DNA of 32,000 nucleotides. Source: Schaalia odontolytica. Its GTDB lineage: Bacteria > Actinomycetota > Actinomycetes > Actinomycetales > Actinomycetaceae. This document shows positions 9,147 to 18,241 of the stretch, piece by piece. Below the pieces are notes generated by a model. The model was given only the letters and a program-made list of their open reading frames with translations, did not search any database and was not told the DNA's origin. Each line of letters begins with the position of its first letter. Positions within the stretch are counted from its first letter, which is position 1. The DNA is taken from NCBI RefSeq assembly GCF_005696695.1, contig NZ_CP040006.1, forward strand, positions 1,680,001 to 1,712,000, written 5' to 3'. Position numbers and translations under genes: made by a program.

Positions 9147-9571
9147 GTCGGTACGAGAGGCAGATTACGTGTGACCTAGCGGAACAGGGCTGGGATGTTC
9201 CCGCCCTGTTCCGCGCCCGCCGCTGGCGCTTCCTCCTCACGCTCATCGACGGCCTCGGGCCGACAAGCAGGACAACCGTCGCGATCCTCAACGACCCCGA
9301 GCGCTTCGAGGAGATCGCGCGAAGCGTTGCCGAAACTGAAGCGACTACCGACGATACCGAGGCGCGGATGAGGGAACAGACGCCCGTCGTGCGCCTCCTG
9401 CAGGACATCTTCGATCTGGTGTCCTCAGTATTCGGCAGCAAAGAGCCGTACCCGCGCCCCGTCTCGGCGGTCGAGCTCGCACTCGAGGACGCGCGCACCG
9501 ACCACCTTCACGACTTCCGAGATGAAGCGATGAAGGCCCTCCTCCCGAACTGGGAGGACGAAGAAGAATAA
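8805..9571 (+). CDS. Tail assembly chaperone, -1 frameshift fusion product (G-T-like)
   Basis: The -1 frame is open from 9029 to 9571 but has no start codon before 9368. Its text (YERQITCDLAEQGWDVPALFRARRWRFLLTLIDGL) is typical of the T-part of actinophage chaperones. The slip candidate is GGGGGAA at 9116-9122. Confidence 0.7.
9116..9122 (+). promoter_or_regulatory. Candidate -1 ribosomal slippery site G_GGG_GAA
   Basis: This is the only homopolymeric run inside the 9029-9146 overlap of the two frames. It lies 22 nt before the zero-frame stop. Confidence 0.5.
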
Positions 9572-9591
9572 CTGCAGAGAGGAACCCCATC

Positions 9592-12500
9592 ATGGCAGGC
9601 GTCTACAAAGCCGGTACGCTCTACGTTGACGTCGTGCCCTCCATGAAGGGGTTTTTCAAGACTGTCGAGGCCGACGCCAAAGCGCAGATCCCGAACATCG
9701 GGCAGAACGTCGGCAGGGACTTTGCGAACGGCCTGCGCTCTGGCATCGGCACCAGCGGTGCACAAGTCGCCAAGAGCATCAGCCAGCCCCTCGACGCCGC
9801 CGCAAGCGACGTAAAAAACAGCGTCAACGCGATGACAAAGGGGCTACAGTCCTCGACGAGCGGCATGCAGCGCGCCGCCGACGGAGCAGGACGAAGCCTC
9901 TCCACGATGGGAGCCGAAGCGGGCCGCGCTCGCGGGCCGGTTGATTCGGCGGCGCGCGCGCTCGATGGGGCGGCGTCCTCGGCTGGCTCGGCGGCGGGCA
10001 GCATGCGAGACGCGGGCTCGGGCTTCTCGTCTATGGCGGGCTTTGCACAGAACGCGATCGCGCCCCTGGCTGCGCTGGCCGCAGCCGTGGGTATCGGGGG
10101 CTTCGTCTCTGAGGCTATCGCTGCGTCCGACGCGACGCAGAAATTCGCGGACACGCTGAAATTCGCGGGGATTGATCCGGATCGGATCGAGGAGCTGGGC
10201 GCCGCCGCGCAGAAGTACGCCGATGAGACCGTCTACGACCTGTCGGATATTCAGGGCATCACGTCACAGCTCGCAGCGAATAACGTCGAGGGCTTCGACA
10301 AGCTCGCGGAAGCAGCGGGCAACCTGAACGCGGTCTCGGGCGGCTCTGCCGAGACCTACAAGCAGGTTGGCCTCGCGCTCGTTCAGGTCAACGGTGCCGG
10401 GAAGCTGGCAACGCAGGACTGGAATCAGATCGCAAACGCGATCCCCGGCGCGTCCGGCAAGATCCAGAAAGCGCTCCTCGACGCGGGTGCCTACACGGGG
10501 AATTTTCGCGATGCGATGGCCCAGGGCCAGATCAGCGCCGAAGAATTTAACGAGGCATTGCTGAGCCTCGGCTTCGATGAGGTCGCGGCGAACGCGGCTC
10601 GCGACACGAGCCGCATTGAAAACGCCGCCGGCAACTTGCAGGCAACCCTCATGGGCGGCTTCAAAGACCTCATTGACTACATGAAGCCTACGATTACGGA
10701 CTTCATGGGCTGGCTCTCTGACATGTTCTCGAACGCCTTCGACTGGATCAGCGAGCACAAGGATCTGCTGGTCGCCCTCGGTGAGGGGATCGGGATCGCG
10801 GTGGCCGCCTACTGGGGCTTCTCGGTCCTGACACAGGTCATCGAGTGGATCAAGAACACGACGCTCGTGCAGGAGGGGCTCAACGCTGCGATGGCCGCGA
10901 ATCCCATCGGTCTTGCTGTCGTGGCTATCGGCGCGCTCATCGCTGGGCTGATCTACCTCTATAACACGAACGAGGACGTCGCGAACGCGATCAACGCCCT
11001 CGGCTCTGGCATCGCCGAATTCTGGACGAACAACGTCACGCCGGTAATCGACGCGTTCGTCGACTATACGAAGAACACGCTCATCCCGGGTATCGAGTCG
11101 GCGTGGGGCATCCTCACCACGGGCAACTACGACGGTAATCTCTTCGGTCTCGAAGAGGACTCGGCGCTCGTGGACTTCTTCTTCACCCTGCGGGACGCGC
11201 TCCTCGCGGTCGGCGAGATCTCCTACAGGGCGTGGACGGAGCAGATCAAGCCTTCCATTGAGGCGGCGTGGGACTGGATCTCCGGCACGCTCTGGCCGGG
11301 CCTCCAAAACTTCTGGTCGACCGTGTTGCAGCCGCTGTTTGAGGGGATCGGCTCGGGCCTCGCTCTCGCCTGGACCGCCGTCATCCGACCTACCCTCATG
11401 GCCCTATGGACCGTCGTCTCCCGGGTCATCTGGCCTGTCCTCAAGACCCTCTGGGAGAACGTGATTAAGCCGCTGTGGGAGGGCTTCGCGTCGGCAGTCC
11501 AGTCAGCATGGGCCGTGATCTACCCGGCTATGCAGGCGCTCGCGGGTTTCTTCCGCGACACGCTAATGCCTGCGCTGTGGAGCTTCTGGCAGGATGTGGT
11601 GGAGCCGGTCTGGACGAACGTGTCGACGTTCATCCTCGCTGTCTGGGATAACGTTCTGTATCCGCTTTTCGACCTGTTCGTGACGGTGATCTCGGGTACC
11701 GTCGGTATGGCCTTCGAGGGGCTGTGGACAACCGTCGTGACGGCCTGGAATGGGATCTCGTCGGCGATCCAGACGGTCTGGGGCATTTTGTCCCCGATCT
11801 TCTCTGCGATTGGCAGCGCGATCTCCTCGACGCTCGGCCCGACCTTCACGTGGCTGTATGACTCGGTCATTAAGCCGGTCTGGGATCAGATCTCGTCGGC
11901 GGTGCAGACGGCCTCCTCCGTCCTGATCGACGTCGTCTTTCCGGCGATTAAGAGCGCGATCGGTGGCGTGAAGGAGTCGTTCGAGTCTTTCCGTCAGTCG
12001 GTCGAGTCTGTGTTCGAGAAGATCAAGGGAGCCGCCGCAAAGCCCGTCAACTTCGTCATCACGACGGTCTATCGCGACGGAATTAAGGCAGCGTTCGATA
12101 CGATCGCCGCGAAGGTCGGCCTCTCCGTGAGGCTCCCCGACGTGAAGCCGATTCCGGCCTACGCGACCGGCGGCGTTTTCTCCACCATGACGCCGGGGTA
12201 CTCCCCCGGCAAGGACATCTATCACTTCTACAGCCCGGACGGTGGCGGCGCGCTTCGTCTATCCGGCGGCGAGGGCATCATCCGACCCGATGCCCTGCGA
12301 GCTCTCGGCGGGAAGCCTTGGCTCGACCGGGTAAATGCTTCGCGCGGCTCCGGCCTCGCGACCGTCGGTGAGACCGGACGCCGCCGCGGCGAAGTCGCTT
12401 TCGCTAGCGGTGGCATCTGGAACGCCGTGAAGGGCGGCTTCGGCGGCGCTCTGGACTGGATCAAAGACACGACAGAGGCGGTAGCGGAGATCGTCACCGA

Positions 12501-13281
12501 CCCCGCCGCCGCAATCGCAAACCTGGTCCTCAAGCCGGCGCGCGAGCTACTGTCCCCGAAGGACGGCTCCTTCTGGGAGCAGGTCGCCTACGGTATCCCG
12601 CCGATGCTGTTCGACGGCCTCAAGAGCCTGTTCACCTCGAAGGTGAGCGAGTCCGGCCTCTCCGGCGGCGCGGGCCTCGTCGGCGCAGCCATGAAGGCCG
12701 TACTCATGGGAGTGCCTTACGTCTGGGGCGGCTCCGGCATCCCGCCGGGCCTGGACTGCTCCGGCCTCGTCTACTGGGCAGCACAGCAGCTCGGCCTCGG
12801 CTGGCCGCGACTCACCGCTGCCGGATACCAGTCCGGCTCGACACCCGTCCCCTGGGGCTCCGCGACACCCGGCGACCTCCTCTACTGGGGATCGCCCGCC
12901 TGGCACGTTGCCGTCTACGCAGGCAACGGGCAGATGATCGAGGAACCGCGCCCCGGCCTGAGCGCACGCAAGACCGCGATCTGGGGATCCCCCAGCGTCG
13001 GCAGGTACGGCGGCGCACGCAAGTACGACCGTGGAGGCTGGCTCCCAGACGGAGTCACCGCTGCAGTCAACCAAACCGGCCAGCGCGAAGCAATCCTCAC
13101 AGCCCGACAGTGGGCCGACGTCTCCGCGCTCGCGGCCAGCGGTGCGGGAGCTGGCGTCTCGTTGGAGGGCGCTCAGGTGAATCTGGTCCTCGATGACGGC
13201 GTGCAGTTCCGCGCTCACGTCGAGGGGATTAGCGCGGGTGTTCTCGCTCGTAGGAAGCAGCTCGCAGGAAGGAGTCGATGA
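9592..13281 (+). CDS. Tape measure protein with embedded NlpC/P60 peptidoglycan endopeptidase domain
   Basis: 1229 aa, the longest gene. The core has periodic Trp/Phe residues (WDWISGTLWPGLQNFWSTV...). The C-terminal region has GVPYVWGGSG..LDCSGLVYWAA...WHVAVYAG (NlpC/P60 Cys-His). At about 1.5 A per residue this implies a tail of roughly 180 nm. Confidence 0.95.
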   Translation: MAGVYKAGTLYVDVVPSMKGFFKTVEADAKAQIPNIGQNVGRDFANGLRSGIGTSGAQVAKSISQPLDAAASDVKNSVNAMTKGLQSSTSGMQRAADGAGRSLSTMGAEAGRARGPVDSAARALDGAASSAGSAAGSMRDAGSGFSSMAGFAQNAIAPLAALAAAVGIGGFVSEAIAASDATQKFADTLKFAGIDPDRIEELGAAAQKYADETVYDLSDIQGITSQLAANNVEGFDKLAEAAGNLNAVSGGSAETYKQVGLALVQVNGAGKLATQDWNQIANAIPGASGKIQKALLDAGAYTGNFRDAMAQGQISAEEFNEALLSLGFDEVAANAARDTSRIENAAGNLQATLMGGFKDLIDYMKPTITDFMGWLSDMFSNAFDWISEHKDLLVALGEGIGIAVAAYWGFSVLTQVIEWIKNTTLVQEGLNAAMAANPIGLAVVAIGALIAGLIYLYNTNEDVANAINALGSGIAEFWTNNVTPVIDAFVDYTKNTLIPGIESAWGILTTGNYDGNLFGLEEDSALVDFFFTLRDALLAVGEISYRAWTEQIKPSIEAAWDWISGTLWPGLQNFWSTVLQPLFEGIGSGLALAWTAVIRPTLMALWTVVSRVIWPVLKTLWENVIKPLWEGFASAVQSAWAVIYPAMQALAGFFRDTLMPALWSFWQDVVEPVWTNVSTFILAVWDNVLYPLFDLFVTVISGTVGMAFEGLWTTVVTAWNGISSAIQTVWGILSPIFSAIGSAISSTLGPTFTWLYDSVIKPVWDQISSAVQTASSVLIDVVFPAIKSAIGGVKESFESFRQSVESVFEKIKGAAAKPVNFVITTVYRDGIKAAFDTIAAKVGLSVRLPDVKPIPAYATGGVFSTMTPGYSPGKDIYHFYSPDGGGALRLSGGEGIIRPDALRALGGKPWLDRVNASRGSGLATVGETGRRRGEVAFASGGIWNAVKGGFGGALDWIKDTTEAVAEIVTDPAAAIANLVLKPARELLSPKDGSFWEQVAYGIPPMLFDGLKSLFTSKVSESGLSGGAGLVGAAMKAVLMGVPYVWGGSGIPPGLDCSGLVYWAAQQLGLGWPRLTAAGYQSGSTPVPWGSATPGDLLYWGSPAWHVAVYAGNGQMIEEPRPGLSARKTAIWGSPSVGRYGGARKYDRGGWLPDGVTAAVNQTGQREAILTARQWADVSALAASGAGAGVSLEGAQVNLVLDDGVQFRAHVEGISAGVLARRKQLAGRSR

Positions 13282-14720
13282 TGGCGCGGACGAATCTTTG
13301 CCCTAATCCCTCGTTTGCGTATGGGACGAATGGCTGGGCGAAGTACGCGCCGTCGTCGCTCCGGATTGCGTCTGATCCCGCTGTATGGGGCGGGCACGAG
13401 CGGCAGTCACCAACTTACCTGGCTGTCGACGTGCCTGCCCAGCTGCAGGGCCAGGTCGCCACTCCTGGCGTGGTTCCTGTCTCGGCGGGGCAGGCGCTGG
13501 CTGTGTCTGCGCTGGTTCGCACGAGTCCTGGTATCGGTCTCGCCGTCCGTGTCGAGTGGACGGTCGCAGGTCGCAGTCAGGTCGCGTCTGCGCCGCTGCT
13601 GCTGACGTCGAGTGCGGAGGGCGAGCGCCCGACCTGGGTCCACGTGGCCCCGGCGGGCGCCACTCAGGCGCGCGTGCGCTTCGAGGTCTACACCTCGGGA
13701 GCGCGCGAGAACAAGCCCGGGTGGGTCCACCTGGACGATGTCATGATCGTCGCTTCGGCGACCGTCGAGGAGGCTGTCGCTGACGCGGCGACCTTCTTCG
13801 ACGGCGACACGCCGCAGCAACGGATCGGATACTCGCAGCGCGCGATCGCTCACCAGTGGACGGGCACGAAGGGTCTGTCGTCCTCGCGTGAGGTTGAAGG
13901 CGCGCTCGATATGACGCGCACGCCGGTCGCGGTCGTCGAGGACGGCCAGGCCCCGCGCGTGCAGCTGGTGATCCCGGCGGCGCTCGCGCCTGCGGGCACG
14001 GCCTGCTACGTCGAGGGCATCGCTGCAACGGGTTTCAAGTGGATCCCGCGCGCGGGCGTGTGGACGGGTACGGGTGAGCAGCGTGTGATCGGCGATTCGC
14101 TCGCGCCGATCAACACAGAATTCAGGTACAAGTTGACGACGTCGAGCGGCGTCGAGGTGGAGTCCTCGCCGGTCGTGCGCCGCTGGCAGGGCCTCTCGCT
14201 CATGACGGACACTGCGGGCAAGATGCCCGTGAACCTGCTTTGGCAGGGAACAGATCAGCGTGAGATGAAGCTGCGGCTGACCGAGCATGAGGTACCAGGC
14301 AGGCGGACTCCGGTCATGGTGTACGCGCCGACGATGGGCGCAGGTACTGTCTCGCTGACGGCTCGCACGAATCTCAAGGACACGCCCGCGCTCAAGCTCT
14401 TGCTGGGAACGCCGACCCCCGTCGCTCTCTTCCACAATCCCGAGCACTGCGTGCAGTGCAGGGCAGGTGTCTGTGACGTTGACCTGGTGACGCTTATGTC
14501 GCCGACGGCGGTATCGATGGAGCGCGCAGCTCGGATCGATATTGCGGAGCGCACGTGGACGATTAAAGGAACGATCACGTCGCTGCCGCAGGCATCGACG
14601 CTCCTCGCTCTCTCGACGTGGACGGACTTTGACGGTCGCGCCCTTACCTGGCAGGCGCTCGATGCTCGGCGCCTCACGTGGGAGGGCTTTGACAGGACGA
14701 TCTGGCAGGAGGAGCGATGA
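13278..14720 (+). CDS. Minor tail protein (distal-tail position) with N-terminal carbohydrate-binding-like motif
   Basis: 480 aa with an ATGA overlap to the tape measure. The N-terminus NLCPNPSFAYGTNGW matches the motif seen at the start of CBM-like modules in actinophage minor tail proteins. Confidence 0.7.
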   Translation: MMARTNLCPNPSFAYGTNGWAKYAPSSLRIASDPAVWGGHERQSPTYLAVDVPAQLQGQVATPGVVPVSAGQALAVSALVRTSPGIGLAVRVEWTVAGRSQVASAPLLLTSSAEGERPTWVHVAPAGATQARVRFEVYTSGARENKPGWVHLDDVMIVASATVEEAVADAATFFDGDTPQQRIGYSQRAIAHQWTGTKGLSSSREVEGALDMTRTPVAVVEDGQAPRVQLVIPAALAPAGTACYVEGIAATGFKWIPRAGVWTGTGEQRVIGDSLAPINTEFRYKLTTSSGVEVESSPVVRRWQGLSLMTDTAGKMPVNLLWQGTDQREMKLRLTEHEVPGRRTPVMVYAPTMGAGTVSLTARTNLKDTPALKLLLGTPTPVALFHNPEHCVQCRAGVCDVDLVTLMSPTAVSMERAARIDIAERTWTIKGTITSLPQASTLLALSTWTDFDGRALTWQALDARRLTWEGFDRTIWQEER

Positions 14721-15847
14721 GCTTGACCGGCCCGGACGCGCGCATCCCTGACGATCTGCTGTCGTCTGCGTACACGCTGCAGGCGACGGTCGAGTCGTGG
14801 CTCGGCGATGAGTATCTCGGTGAGGTGCCCGTCGAGGACGGCTCGGTCGCCTGGGACGCGACGCAGCAGGTTCAGGGCTCGCTCTCACTCACTGTCCCAC
14901 GCGTCGGCGCTGCGAGTGAGAGTGAGGACTGGCGGGACTGGGATCCGACGGACCCATCGCATCCGCTCGCCTGCTTTGGGCAGACGTTGCACGTGTCGCT
15001 GACGATCGCGTCGGTGATTCCCGGCGGCGGCTGGTGGGACGTCCAGCTCGGACGCTTCCTCATCACCGCTGTCGACCCCGGCCCATCGACAGTGAGGGTG
15101 ACCGGAAAATCGCTGATGCACCGCCTCGAAGAGGACCGCCTCACGACGCCCCTGTCCCCCATGTGGAACGGGACGCTCGCGAGCGAGATCCGTCGCCTGG
15201 TCGGCGGGCACATGGGCGTCGTCATCGATACGGGCCTCGTGGACCGCTGGTGCCCGTCGATGACCTGGGGCGAGTCGAGGATCGATGCAATCTATGAGAT
15301 CGCGAAGGCCTGGCCGGCATCGATCCGTGAGGGTGGCGACGGCATCCTGTATGTAACACCGCCGGTCTCGCCGCCTGTCTCGCCACCGAAGCTGCGGCTC
15401 ACGGACGACCTGGACGGAACCGTCGTCGGCGTCTCGTCTCAGGTCTCGCGCGACAAGGTCTATAACCGAGTAGTCGCGCGCGGCCAGGATGGGCACGACG
15501 AGGGCGCGCCCGCGTTCCAGGCGGTCGCGGATCAGACGACAGGCCCGATGCGCACCGACGGCCCCTACGGCGTCGTCCCCCGCTTCTTCTCATCGCCGCT
15601 CATCACATCGCAGGAGCAAGCGCGCAAAACCGCTGAGGCGATGCTCGCCGAGTCGATCCGCCGAAAAGTGAAAGTCCCCGTGGAGCACGCGCCGGACCCG
15701 CGTGTCGGCCTCGATCAGCCTATCGAGATCGTGACGCAGCCTGTCCTCGCGGCGGAGCCGAAAACCCTCTGGGGCCTGGTCACAGCCTACGAAGTCCCGC
15801 TCACGTACAAGGGCACGCAGAAAACCGACGTGGAGGTGACCCTGTGA
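14717..15847 (+). CDS. Minor tail protein (tail-tip/hub position)
   Basis: 376 aa with an ATGA overlap. It is the second gene after the tape measure. It contains a PPVSPPVSPP mini-repeat. Confidence 0.65.
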   Translation: MSLTGPDARIPDDLLSSAYTLQATVESWLGDEYLGEVPVEDGSVAWDATQQVQGSLSLTVPRVGAASESEDWRDWDPTDPSHPLACFGQTLHVSLTIASVIPGGGWWDVQLGRFLITAVDPGPSTVRVTGKSLMHRLEEDRLTTPLSPMWNGTLASEIRRLVGGHMGVVIDTGLVDRWCPSMTWGESRIDAIYEIAKAWPASIREGGDGILYVTPPVSPPVSPPKLRLTDDLDGTVVGVSSQVSRDKVYNRVVARGQDGHDEGAPAFQAVADQTTGPMRTDGPYGVVPRFFSSPLITSQEQARKTAEAMLAESIRRKVKVPVEHAPDPRVGLDQPIEIVTQPVLAAEPKTLWGLVTAYEVPLTYKGTQKTDVEVTL

Positions 15848-16626
15848 CCGCGCGAGTGATGGACTTGATCTCTTCCACGCCGGATGATCTGCCTCCCCGG
15901 TACGGGGCGGACAGGTCGACGACGGCGATCGCGCGGATTATCGACCTCGTCGAAGGAGGTCGCCAGCTCATCGTCTCCCTGTACGGCGGGGAGGGCGTGC
16001 AGATCCCCGCGACCGCCGTCAACTGGGTAGGCGTGAAAACCGCGCATGTTCTCCTCGACCCGGACACTGGACGCCCGGTACACGCGCTGGGGCCTGCCCC
16101 GTCCCCCGAGGGGCCGCTCCCGGCTGTCCCGAAAACGCCCGCCCCTAAGCCTGTGGCCCGGCACGCGGTCCTCACGCCGCAGTGGATGGGCACATGGACA
16201 ACCGGGGGGTGGTCGCGGTATGGCGACGGCGGCGCGTGGCAGGGCACCAACCCCGCAGGCCAGCGCCTCCGAGGCCTCATCACCTACGGTCGCCAGCTCG
16301 AAGCCCTCGGCACGATCACAATCACTCGAGCGCTGCTCACCATCCGGCCCGCGTCGCACGTCCCACCGTGGGCACTCGTGATTCAGCCAGCCGCCTACTC
16401 GGAGTCTGGGCCGCAGCCGACCGGCGCGACGCAGACAATCAACGTCAACGCGCAGCAGGCGCAGGTCGACATTACGGCCCTGGCAAAGACCCTCAAAGCG
16501 GGAGCTGGCCTCGCGCTCGTCGGCACTGCATACGGCGGCATCACCAAGGGCGGCGCAAGCGCAGCCCTACACCTCGACTACACCGAAACACTCCAAGTCA
16601 AACCCACAGGAAGGCGCGCACAATGA
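15844..16626 (+). CDS. Minor tail protein
   Basis: 260 aa with a GTGA overlap to the upstream gene, inside the tail operon. Confidence 0.5.
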   Translation: MTARVMDLISSTPDDLPPRYGADRSTTAIARIIDLVEGGRQLIVSLYGGEGVQIPATAVNWVGVKTAHVLLDPDTGRPVHALGPAPSPEGPLPAVPKTPAPKPVARHAVLTPQWMGTWTTGGWSRYGDGGAWQGTNPAGQRLRGLITYGRQLEALGTITITRALLTIRPASHVPPWALVIQPAAYSESGPQPTGATQTINVNAQQAQVDITALAKTLKAGAGLALVGTAYGGITKGGASAALHLDYTETLQVKPTGRRAQ

Positions 16627-17222
16627 GCTACCAGGACCAGCGCGGACACAAGGTGCCCTCCCCCACCGACCCGGCCCGCCGCCAAGACCTCCTCGATCTC
16701 TCACTCTCGATCCCGTCCTACAAGGCGTGCGCGTCCGAGACCGCCGCCTCCCAGTACGTCGCCGCGCTCGCGGGCGTGGGCCTCACGGCCTCCCCGGCGC
16801 AGCCGGTATACGTGTGGCGAACCGACCTCAACGCTGTGCGCGTCTGGGACGGTCGGCGCTGGGCTGGAGAGTCGAACGTTCAGATGGAGCTGGGCGCCGT
16901 CGGAGATATGCCGGTCGGCTCAGGCCTGGGGACGGGAGTGCGGAACGGCCTCATTAAGGCTGGCCGCGTCGCGATATCCAGCGCGGAGGTCGCCTTCGGC
17001 AACCTCTACATGCCGCGCGTTACGTTCCAAACGCCCTTCCCGAACGACTGCGTCTCGGTCGTCATCACGCCGCTGTACGGCTCCGGCCCGGCGGGCTGGA
17101 ACTTCAAGAACGCCAGACAGTTCTGCATCGACGTCATAGACAAGAGCGGCTTCCGCCCGATGCTCCCAGGAGTGACCTCTGAGGAGCGTCACTCCTATTC
17201 CTGGGTGGCCTTCGGCTACTGA
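16623..17222 (+). CDS. Minor tail protein / candidate receptor-binding protein
   Basis: This is the internal ATG of track ORF 16182-17222 and overlaps the upstream stop (ATGA). It encodes 199 aa and is the last tail gene before a terminator. Confidence 0.5.
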   Translation: MSYQDQRGHKVPSPTDPARRQDLLDLSLSIPSYKACASETAASQYVAALAGVGLTASPAQPVYVWRTDLNAVRVWDGRRWAGESNVQMELGAVGDMPVGSGLGTGVRNGLIKAGRVAISSAEVAFGNLYMPRVTFQTPFPNDCVSVVITPLYGSGPAGWNFKNARQFCIDVIDKSGFRPMLPGVTSEERHSYSWVAFGY

Positions 17223-17242
17223 CAACCACCTGATCTTTAACG

Positions 17243-17275
17243 CCCTCGGACAAGCCCGTCCGGGGGCTTTCCCAT
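17243..17275 (+). terminator. Intrinsic terminator after the tail operon
   Basis: A 10-bp stem, GCCCTCGGAC / GTCCGGGGGC (one G-U pair), with a 6-nt loop, followed by TTTCCCA. Confidence 0.55.
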
Positions 17276-17294
17276 ACCCAAAGAGGAGAAACAC

Positions 17295-17408
17295 ATGGAA
17301 CCGACCATTGAGCAGCTTATGGCGTCGATGACCCCCGCGACGGACACGCCGCCTGACGTCGTCGCCCCTATCGTCATCCCCTACGAGCAGACGGAGGGCA
17401 CGCGATGA
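17295..17408 (+). CDS. 37-aa ORF translationally coupled to the endolysin
   Basis: Strong RBS AAGAGGAG 7 nt upstream. Its stop overlaps the endolysin ATG (ATGA). Translation is MEPTIEQLMASMTPATDTPPDVVAPIVIPYEQTEGTR. Confidence 0.4.
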   Translation: MEPTIEQLMASMTPATDTPPDVVAPIVIPYEQTEGTR

Positions 17409-18241
17409 GCATGACCGCACAGAACGTCCTCGCCTGGGCAGCCGGCGAAATCGGCTACACCCGATGGGACGACCCCGAGGAAGGCTCGAAGTATGGCCGC
17501 TGGTACGCGCAGAAGCACGGCGCCTACTACGGCACATCCGGCGTGCCTTTCTGTGCGATGGGGGCCTCCTGGTGTGCGACCGACGAGGAGAAGCAGTCCG
17601 TCCTTCCCGGCGGCGACTTCGCTTACGTGCCGTATGGCATCAACGCCGCCGCCCGCGAGGGACGCCTCGTGTCCCCGATGACGCAGGCTGCGCCCGGCGA
17701 CCTGGTCTGCTTCGACTGGGACGACGACAGTATCGCCGACCATGTCGGAATCGTTGAGGCCAATTATGGCGGGTGGATCCAGACGATCGAATTCAACACG
17801 TCGTCCGGCGCTGCTGGATCGCAGAGCAACGGCGGCGGCGTGTGGCGTAGGACCAGAGACTGGTCCTCGGTGTGCGCGGTCATTCGCCCGCACTACGGCG
17901 ACGCGACCACCTCCTCGGGCTACACCGATGTCACGGCGCTCCAGGCGGCAGTCGGCGCGACCGCTGACAACGTGGTCGGCCCCGACACGACGAAGCGCAT
18001 TTATGCCGTCGTCGCCGCCTCCAGCTGGGGAGGCCGGCAGTTCCCGTTCGGAGTCGAGTACGTCCAGTCCGTGATCGGCACGGAGCCGGACGGTGTCTGG
18101 GGCGATGCCTCGGACGAGGCGCACGACCGCGTCGTCGGCAACCTCCAGCGCGCCGTCGGCGTGGACGACGACGAGATCTACGGCCCGGCCACCAACAACG
18201 CGATTAACACCGCGCTCGCGGGCGCGGAGAAGGGAGAATGA
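17405..18241 (+). CDS. Endolysin: N-terminal CHAP domain plus C-terminal peptidoglycan-binding repeats
   Basis: CHAP signature: Cys in GVPFCAMGASW, His in ADHVGIVE, then EFNTS. The C-terminus has two PG_binding_1-like repeats (LQAAVGATADNVVGPDTTKRI; LQRAVGVDDDEIYGPATNNAI). Confidence 0.85.
   Translation: MSMTAQNVLAWAAGEIGYTRWDDPEEGSKYGRWYAQKHGAYYGTSGVPFCAMGASWCATDEEKQSVLPGGDFAYVPYGINAAAREGRLVSPMTQAAPGDLVCFDWDDDSIADHVGIVEANYGGWIQTIEFNTSSGAAGSQSNGGGVWRRTRDWSSVCAVIRPHYGDATTSSGYTDVTALQAAVGATADNVVGPDTTKRIYAVVAASSWGGRQFPFGVEYVQSVIGTEPDGVWGDASDEAHDRVVGNLQRAVGVDDDEIYGPATNNAINTALAGAEKGE

Noticed and set aside
9601-9609. A fourth exact copy of the operator word GTCTACAAA, at the start of the tape measure gene.
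   Set aside because: It is an isolated copy with no palindromic partner. It encodes Val-Tyr-Lys in frame, and one extra 9-mer match in 64 kb of two-strand sequence is within chance. It would only be worth revisiting if the repressor footprints it.
13407-14888. Long minus-strand ORF (493 aa). Similar long antisense or alternative-frame ORFs lie at 5069-6022, 7802-8563, 10264-11307, 11563-12225, 12547-13218, 17381-18280, 26458-27057 and 30579-31322.
   Set aside because: They lie wholly inside well-supported plus-strand genes. Their translations are Arg/Pro/Gly/His-rich and low-complexity, as is typical of shadow ORFs in GC-rich DNA. They lack RBSs and break the operon logic.
15359-15388. PPVSPPVSPP mini tandem repeat in the minor tail protein, as a possible slipped-strand phase-variation site.
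   Set aside because: There are only two imperfect 12-bp units with different codons. That is too short and degenerate for efficient slippage, so it is likely just a linker.
16182-17222. Upstream-extended versions of ORFs in the track: 16182-17222, 8299-8772, 24720-25409, 28010-28522, 28806-30152, 20672-21646 and 6716-7069.
   Set aside because: In each case the extension overlaps the preceding well-supported gene by 15-440 nt and translates to low-complexity text. An internal ATG/GTG sits exactly on the upstream stop (ATGA/GTGA), so the shorter starts were used.
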